A stretch of 64,000 bases of DNA from a virus, in the IMG/VR virus record IMGVR_UViG_3300024999_000041, positions 79,078 to 143,077 of that record. One strand, 5' to 3'. The first letter of the stretch is position 1. Each line of letters begins with the position of its first letter. The notes beneath the pieces are model-generated. The model had not been told where the DNA came from. It did no database searches and worked only from the letters and a program-made list of their open reading frames with translations. Positions 59,156-64,000 of this stretch are shown piece after piece. Both the position numbers and the translations under genes were made by a program.

Positions 59156-59248
59156 TCTAATTCTCCTACTCTTTTCTACTACGTATGTATAATTATATTA
59201 ATTTTTGGCAACAAGCCTTCATATATAATATAAATTAAAAAATTTGTA

Positions 59249-59854
59249 CTAACTTGAAAATATTACAATCTTTCCAGAACCAGTTATAGGATTTCCTGTA
59301 AAGTATATTTTTACTGTAGTATCTGCTGGGTATACATATTCGCTTCCAACTATGTAGCTACTTGCATAGGTTACATCATTATCGGTAGAAGTCATTAATC
59401 TTGAATTGTCTCCAGCATCCCCAACTGTTATACTTCCCACATCGAAAGGATTATCTATTATAAGTTTTATTTCTTCTATATTTAAATTAGCTTTTAATAT
59501 CCCGATATCTAAGGAACCAGAGATAAAATCAGAATATATGAAATCTAACTCTATTGAAGGGTTTCCTCCAGATAAAGCAACTTCAGCTTCGTCTACTATG
59601 TTATTTAAGTTAGCATCGTAAACGTCTTTAACCATGATACCGTCATGACCAAGTTGTTTACCGTCCAATATATCGTCCTGACTTACAACATACCCATCCA
59701 ATAAAACTAAGTCTGGGAAAGGAGATATGGCTTCCCTTACCTGAGCTTCTGTAAATTGTAAAGGTACGTTTATAGTCGTATCTTCTGCTATCTTTAGATT
59801 TCCTAATAGGTACACATAAGCTGTATTTTTTAATGATTTATTTTTAATTCTCAT
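59249..59854 (-). CDS. Hypothetical virion protein
   Basis: M.K.VYD.N.N.IVD.AE motif and beta-rich C-terminus resembling the end of the fibre protein; late motifs upstream. Confidence 0.55.
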   Translation of the reverse strand: MRIKNKSLKNTAYVYLLGNLKIAEDTTINVPLQFTEAQVREAISPFPDLVLLDGYVVSQDDILDGKQLGHDGIMVKDVYDANLNNIVDEAEVALSGGNPSIELDFIYSDFISGSLDIGILKANLNIEEIKLIIDNPFDVGSITVGDAGDNSRLMTSTDNDVTYASSYIVGSEYVYPADTTVKIYFTGNPITGSGKIVIFSS

Positions 59855-59973
59855 TATTTATTCCTCTCTACTATTTATAATATAAATGAAATAGAGTCAG
59901 TTCTCAAATATAATATAAACCCAATCCTTTTGGGATTGGGTAGAAATAAATACGTATTTATGGCTGACAATTT

Positions 59974-60336
59974 TTAGTCTTTATATAATTTCATAGTAGT
60001 AAGTTGGGGTAATTTTGTACCTTGAGTTTGTTCTAATAAACCTTCTTTTAGGGTATATATTTTTTCAACAGATTCAAAATTATTTATATAATAGGGTTCT
60101 GGAAACAGAGCTCCCATAACTATCAGAAGTTCTTTATACATATCTTTATATAAAGACTTAGCTTCTTCTGAGGTATCTAAAATCATAGCATATATAGAAA
60201 ATATTGGAAGTATTCCCACCTCTCCTGTTAAATCTTCGGAGTCCACCACTCTTTCAAAATTAAGATAGGCATTTATAGCTACTTTTTTATCTTCAGTAGA
60301 TATTAATATAGTATTTTTAACTACGTTTACTATCAT
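59974..60336 (-). CDS. Hypothetical protein
   Basis: ORF in overlapping operon; terminator at about 59918-59941. Confidence 0.55.
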   Translation of the reverse strand: MIVNVVKNTILISTEDKKVAINAYLNFERVVDSEDLTGEVGILPIFSIYAMILDTSEEAKSLYKDMYKELLIVMGALFPEPYYINNFESVEKIYTLKEGLLEQTQGTKLPQLTTMKLYKD

Positions 60337-60778
60337 TTTTAATTCTCCATGATAAACTATTATCTATGTCGGGTAATATCTTTTTATTATTTAATTTTAT
60401 AGATGCTATATAGGATTCACATATAGTTCCATCGTTTAATTTTATCTCCGTCCTATTGCAAATATGGTGTATTTTATCTAGGTATAATAATATCTCTGAA
60501 TTGACTTCATAGAGTTCTCCTTTTATGGGATAGTCAGAAGGTTCTAAATCTGACATTATAGGGTAATCTCCCAAATCATACATGGTATAATTAGACTCAG
60601 TAATTCTTTCACCGAAGAAAAAACAATCGGGATTATTAAATATATCCGACCTACTAAACTCCGATTTAAGAAAATTATATATAAATATCTTAAATTTCTT
60701 ATCTTTATTATTTTCTATGAATAATAAATCTTGGATATTAAGATTGTTCATTTTATAGAAAAAACCTCGAATATTCAT
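60317..60778 (-). CDS. Gamma-glutamylcyclotransferase (GGCT/AIG2)-like protein, degenerate
   Basis: IFIYNFLK (cf. FVYGTL), MYDLG.YP, IKGELYEV...L..LD. Confidence 0.6.
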   Translation of the reverse strand: MNIRGFFYKMNNLNIQDLLFIENNKDKKFKIFIYNFLKSEFSRSDIFNNPDCFFFGERITESNYTMYDLGDYPIMSDLEPSDYPIKGELYEVNSEILLYLDKIHHICNRTEIKLNDGTICESYIASIKLNNKKILPDIDNSLSWRIKNDSKRS

Positions 60779-61058
60779 TTAAGTGCATTATAGTTTCTGA
60801 TAAACTATCTTCAGATAATCCGTCATAATGTTCTCTGTCTTTATCTGTATATGAAAAGAAATCTTCATCTACATTATCTAAAGCATACTGAACATCTTCT
60901 AAGCTTATAATACGTTCAGAAACTTTTTCTTCCTTCTTATTATAGAATAGAGTTTCTCCCGTATAGGAATTACGTACTACTCCGTGTTCATATAGGCTTA
61001 TTTCAGGAGAGGTATTTTCCACACAATCATCATAGTTGTAGAGTTGTTCATTAATCAT
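60753..61058 (-). CDS. Hypothetical acidic protein
   Basis: ORF in overlapping operon. Confidence 0.55.
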   Translation of the reverse strand: MINEQLYNYDDCVENTSPEISLYEHGVVRNSYTGETLFYNKKEEKVSERIISLEDVQYALDNVDEDFFSYTDKDREHYDGLSEDSLSETIMHLNEYSRFFL

Positions 61059-61326
61059 TTTTTGGTTCTTCCTTCTTTTTGCTCTTTTTACTTTCTTTTT
61101 TTATTCTAATTTCTTCTGAAACAATGCCCTTTTTTAATTCTTGTAATTTTCTAATAACTAAGGATATGGCACCTGAATCAAAAAATATAATATCTACTCC
61201 TTCTTCAGTTATTTTATCTTCTATCCTTAAAGTATTATTAACTTTAGTTCTACAAATACCCAAGGATACTTGTAGTTCATGAAGACCAAATAAAACTTGA
61301 CTATTCTTTTCTGCTCTTTTAATCAT
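61051..61326 (-). CDS. Hypothetical protein
   Basis: ORF in overlapping operon. Confidence 0.55.
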   Translation of the reverse strand: MIKRAEKNSQVLFGLHELQVSLGICRTKVNNTLRIEDKITEEGVDIIFFDSGAISLVIRKLQELKKGIVSEEIRIKKESKKSKKKEEPKND

Positions 61327-61329
61327 TTT

Positions 61330-62382
61330 TTAAACTCCCATTTCTACATTACTTATTCTTGTTTGTTTATTATCTTTATATATACTATGTTCTTTTATCT
61401 TTCCTTTTATAGGATAAAAACTACCTGCTGTTAAATCTAAAAACGTATTAGACATGTATGTTAAATCATTACCTTCATGTTGAAATTTATAAATGTTACA
61501 TAACCCAAATCTTGTTTCTGTTTGTATTCTAGTTAAGAATTTTACGGTACCTTGAAAGTCTTTACCTACCTCCCCCACAAAACTTTGATTATTTCTATCC
61601 AAGAAATCTCTAACACTTTTATAAAGAAAGGATACTGTATTTATATCTTGGTATGACACAAATTTTTTATCGGATAATAATTTTATACTGGCTAAAAACT
61701 CGGATACCCTTCCAGACATTATATTTGTATTGTACAAATTAATATAATTTTTAGCTTCTTCAATATATTCCTCACGAGGGATATCATTTTTCATTAATTT
61801 ATTCCATGCTATTATAGGAGTATTATTAGAAGTATCTTCTTTATTATATGTCCATCCCCCAAAAGCACTTTCTTCTTCACATACCTGTATAACACTGGCT
61901 AAAAATATTTCTATAGGAAAATAGTTAGCTATACTACTTGTTCTATCTTGTAAACTATTTATCATTTTATTATCTAAGATATCTACTTTAATAGTCTTCA
62001 AACAGTCTTTACAGTATAAAGCAGTAGTACATTTTTTCCTAGATACTTCGTTCACTAAAAGGTACGATTTTTTAATTTCTTTCAAACCACAACACATTTT
62101 TATTTCATTTACGTCTAATATATTAGATATCTTACCACCAGTCAAATCGTAGTCTATCTTAAAATTTTTCAAATTTTCAAATTTGGATAGTTTTGCTAAA
62201 ATAACTAAATCTTTTTCTTTATTAGGAATAAATATTGGTTTATTTTGTAGCATTACCTCGTATATTTTTCTGTACCTTTCACTATTGCAATCCTTTTCAT
62301 AATAGCTGTTTAATATATTATAAGATATATTGGATTCTTGCAATTCTATTAATTTATTTTTTGTTACAGCTATTTGAATCAT
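61330..62382 (-). CDS. Hypothetical protein with Cys cluster and C-terminal OB-fold-like domain
   Basis: CC...CKDCL; FVGEVGK...FG....F...GN...GKIKEHS.YK..KQT.I. Confidence 0.55.
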   Translation of the reverse strand: MIQIAVTKNKLIELQESNISYNILNSYYEKDCNSERYRKIYEVMLQNKPIFIPNKEKDLVILAKLSKFENLKNFKIDYDLTGGKISNILDVNEIKMCCGLKEIKKSYLLVNEVSRKKCTTALYCKDCLKTIKVDILDNKMINSLQDRTSSIANYFPIEIFLASVIQVCEEESAFGGWTYNKEDTSNNTPIIAWNKLMKNDIPREEYIEEAKNYINLYNTNIMSGRVSEFLASIKLLSDKKFVSYQDINTVSFLYKSVRDFLDRNNQSFVGEVGKDFQGTVKFLTRIQTETRFGLCNIYKFQHEGNDLTYMSNTFLDLTAGSFYPIKGKIKEHSIYKDNKQTRISNVEMGV

Positions 62383-62439
62383 ATCACACTCCGAAGTTAA
62401 AATAGGGAAGGTAGGTTAGTACCTTCCCATATTTATAAT

Positions 62440-63600
62440 TTATCCTCTAGTTGCACCAAGAATGAACTTATATTTTTTACTGAAGTCTAAGAAAGTTTGA
62501 GTAGAAGCCATTATAGTTTGAATGTTAGCGTCTAATCTTAGGATATCTCTAGCCAACAATACTGCATATTCACCAACGAAACCGTCTTGTAGTGTATATC
62601 TAAATATATTTTCCAATTGTTGTTTATCTGCTTTCAGTGCTTTAGCTGTTAAGCTAGAACAAAGAGCAAACATTACATCAGGGGAATTAGGGATAGGGGC
62701 TTGTTTGAAATTACCTTCTAAAATGTATTCTGGATTAGGAAGTTTAGAATACAATTTAGTGTATTGATAAAAGTCAAAACTATTTCCTTCTCCTATTAAT
62801 CCAGAGATTAAAGGCATAGCATCTTCTACACTTAAATAGTTAAGAACTTCGGATACTTTTTCCCAAGAACGAGGTGTGGGGAATGCGTTATCATCAGAAT
62901 TAGCATCAAATTTATGTAACATAGAATTTTGATAGTTAAGATATCCTACTACTTTTTCAGAGATGCCATTAGGTAAAGCCCAAGCTTTCCAGTCATCAAT
63001 TTCTACGGTTATTTTAAGATGGGCTAATCTATTAGCTAATGCTTTAGGCATTTTATAAGCTACAGACTTATCGGTTACTTCGTTACCAGCACACATAACT
63101 AAACAGTTATCAGGTAATTTGTGCTCTCCTATCTGTCTATCTAAAGTTATCTGATAAGCTGCTGCTTGTACAGTGGGAGGTGCTGCTGATATTTCATCCA
63201 AGATTAAAAAGTTCATGTATTCGTTAGAAGGATTCATGTTGAATAATTGAGGTCTTAACCATTTAGCCACAGTTGGTTTTAATTTATCAATATTTTCTTG
63301 AGATGGATTATCTAGTATGTCTTGGTCATCCACAGATGGAACAGGGATACCTCTTAAATCCACTGGATTAAATAATAATAATCTTACATCACTCGTATGA
63401 GTTTTTTTACTAAATTTTTTACCCAGTTTTTCAACTACTTGACCCATAGCTTGAGATTTACCTATACCAGGGCTTCCCCACAACATGATAGGTTGTACTT
63501 TTTTAAATGAGCCTGTTTTTGTGTAAACATTTCCTGCATAATTAACCATAAGATTAATTAATTCATTCACTTTGAGTTTTTGTCCTAAGTTTTCAGCCAT
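62440..63600 (-). CDS. MoxR-like AAA+ ATPase
   Basis: WGSPGIGKS, DLRGIP, LILDE, QAAAYQI.LDR.IG, AGN, ALANR, FPTPRSW. Confidence 0.9.
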   Translation of the reverse strand: MAENLGQKLKVNELINLMVNYAGNVYTKTGSFKKVQPIMLWGSPGIGKSQAMGQVVEKLGKKFSKKTHTSDVRLLLFNPVDLRGIPVPSVDDQDILDNPSQENIDKLKPTVAKWLRPQLFNMNPSNEYMNFLILDEISAAPPTVQAAAYQITLDRQIGEHKLPDNCLVMCAGNEVTDKSVAYKMPKALANRLAHLKITVEIDDWKAWALPNGISEKVVGYLNYQNSMLHKFDANSDDNAFPTPRSWEKVSEVLNYLSVEDAMPLISGLIGEGNSFDFYQYTKLYSKLPNPEYILEGNFKQAPIPNSPDVMFALCSSLTAKALKADKQQLENIFRYTLQDGFVGEYAVLLARDILRLDANIQTIMASTQTFLDFSKKYKFILGATRG

Positions 63601-63719
63601 AAATAAAGTTCTCCTTTTTAAATAAATTTTCTACTTGAATTCTTTTCATATTATTATACTAACAATATAATTTAATTAAGTCAATACTTTTTCTTTTTAT
63701 GTTAAGTTATTTGTTACAA

Positions 63720-64000
63720 TTATTTCTTACCATCGTTTAGATATACAGAACGTCCAAAGGGAGCTTCTTGTATATGATTTTGAGTGAATATCCAAAGGGT
63801 AGGGATGCCCTCTGCGAGTTCCTCACATTCGTCATAGTAACATTCACCGTCTGTCAATAGAACTATACCAGCTATGTCTTCAGTTCTAAAATCATCCCTT
63901 TTATGGATAGCTTCAAAACATACCCTGAAGCATGTTCCTCCGCCAGACCTAGGTTTATTTTGAAGGACATCTTGAACATCCTCGAACTTCTGTAAACTAT
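63720..64000 (-). CDS. C-terminal part of vWA-domain (DUF2201-like) partner of MoxR ATPase
   Basis: Own translation: ...RSGGGTCF...IVLLTDGEC...PTLWIF...APFGRSVYLNDGKK*. Confidence 0.8.
   Translation of the reverse strand, partial: SLQKFEDVQDVLQNKPRSGGGTCFRVCFEAIHKRDDFRTEDIAGIVLLTDGECYYDECEELAEGIPTLWIFTQNHIQEAPFGRSVYLNDGKK

Noticed and set aside
1-64000. tRNA/tmRNA genes, integrase, host assignment
   Set aside because: No cloverleaf or T-loop signatures or recombinase motifs seen; low GC and extended -10 promoters are not enough to name a host

Overview
AT-rich segment of a large tailed dsDNA bacteriophage (contractile-tail myovirus with a T4-like virion module), almost entirely coded on the minus strand. 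Left to right: (1) 0.2-14 kb replication/nucleotide module: ATP-dependent DNA ligase, HslV/proteasome-like Ntn peptidase, degenerate DEDDh exonuclease, metallophosphoesterase, family A DNA polymerase, stand-alone primase Zn-binding domain, DnaB-like helicase, SF2 helicase, HAD phosphatase, dNMP kinase, 5'-3' exonuclease. (2) 14-31 kb: M15A endolysin, tail fibre, baseplate, tape-measure-like protein with an M23 domain, tail chaperone, tube, sheath, tail completion. (3) 31-49 kb: probable internal head proteins (two with ADP-ribosyltransferase-like folds), neck, major capsid, prohead protease/scaffold, portal, terminase. (4) 49-64 kb: sigma factor, stand-alone Toprim primase domain, a structured non-coding locus, sce7726-like nuclease, DenV-like glycosylase, holin-like protein, fibre/decoration protein, MoxR ATPase and a partial vWA partner. 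No tRNA, CRISPR array, integrase, intein or intron was recognised. The most notable observations are: a primase apparently split into two genes 43 kb apart; a ~0.6 kb structured non-coding locus with two identical 62-bp hairpin repeats beside the Toprim gene; a tail-tube gene interrupted by an in-frame TAA inside a perfect 32-bp palindrome; a candidate +1 frameshift (CCC TTT CGT) in the tail chaperone; an 11-bp putative late promoter (TTTATATTATA, 18 exact copies found by eye); a candidate small RNA exposing an anti-Shine-Dalgarno loop next to the holin-like gene; a shared capsid-targeting-like leader on about 8 late proteins; and one beta-module reused in sheath (twice), tail completion and baseplate proteins. 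All functional calls come from motif recognition by eye; no database searches were run.
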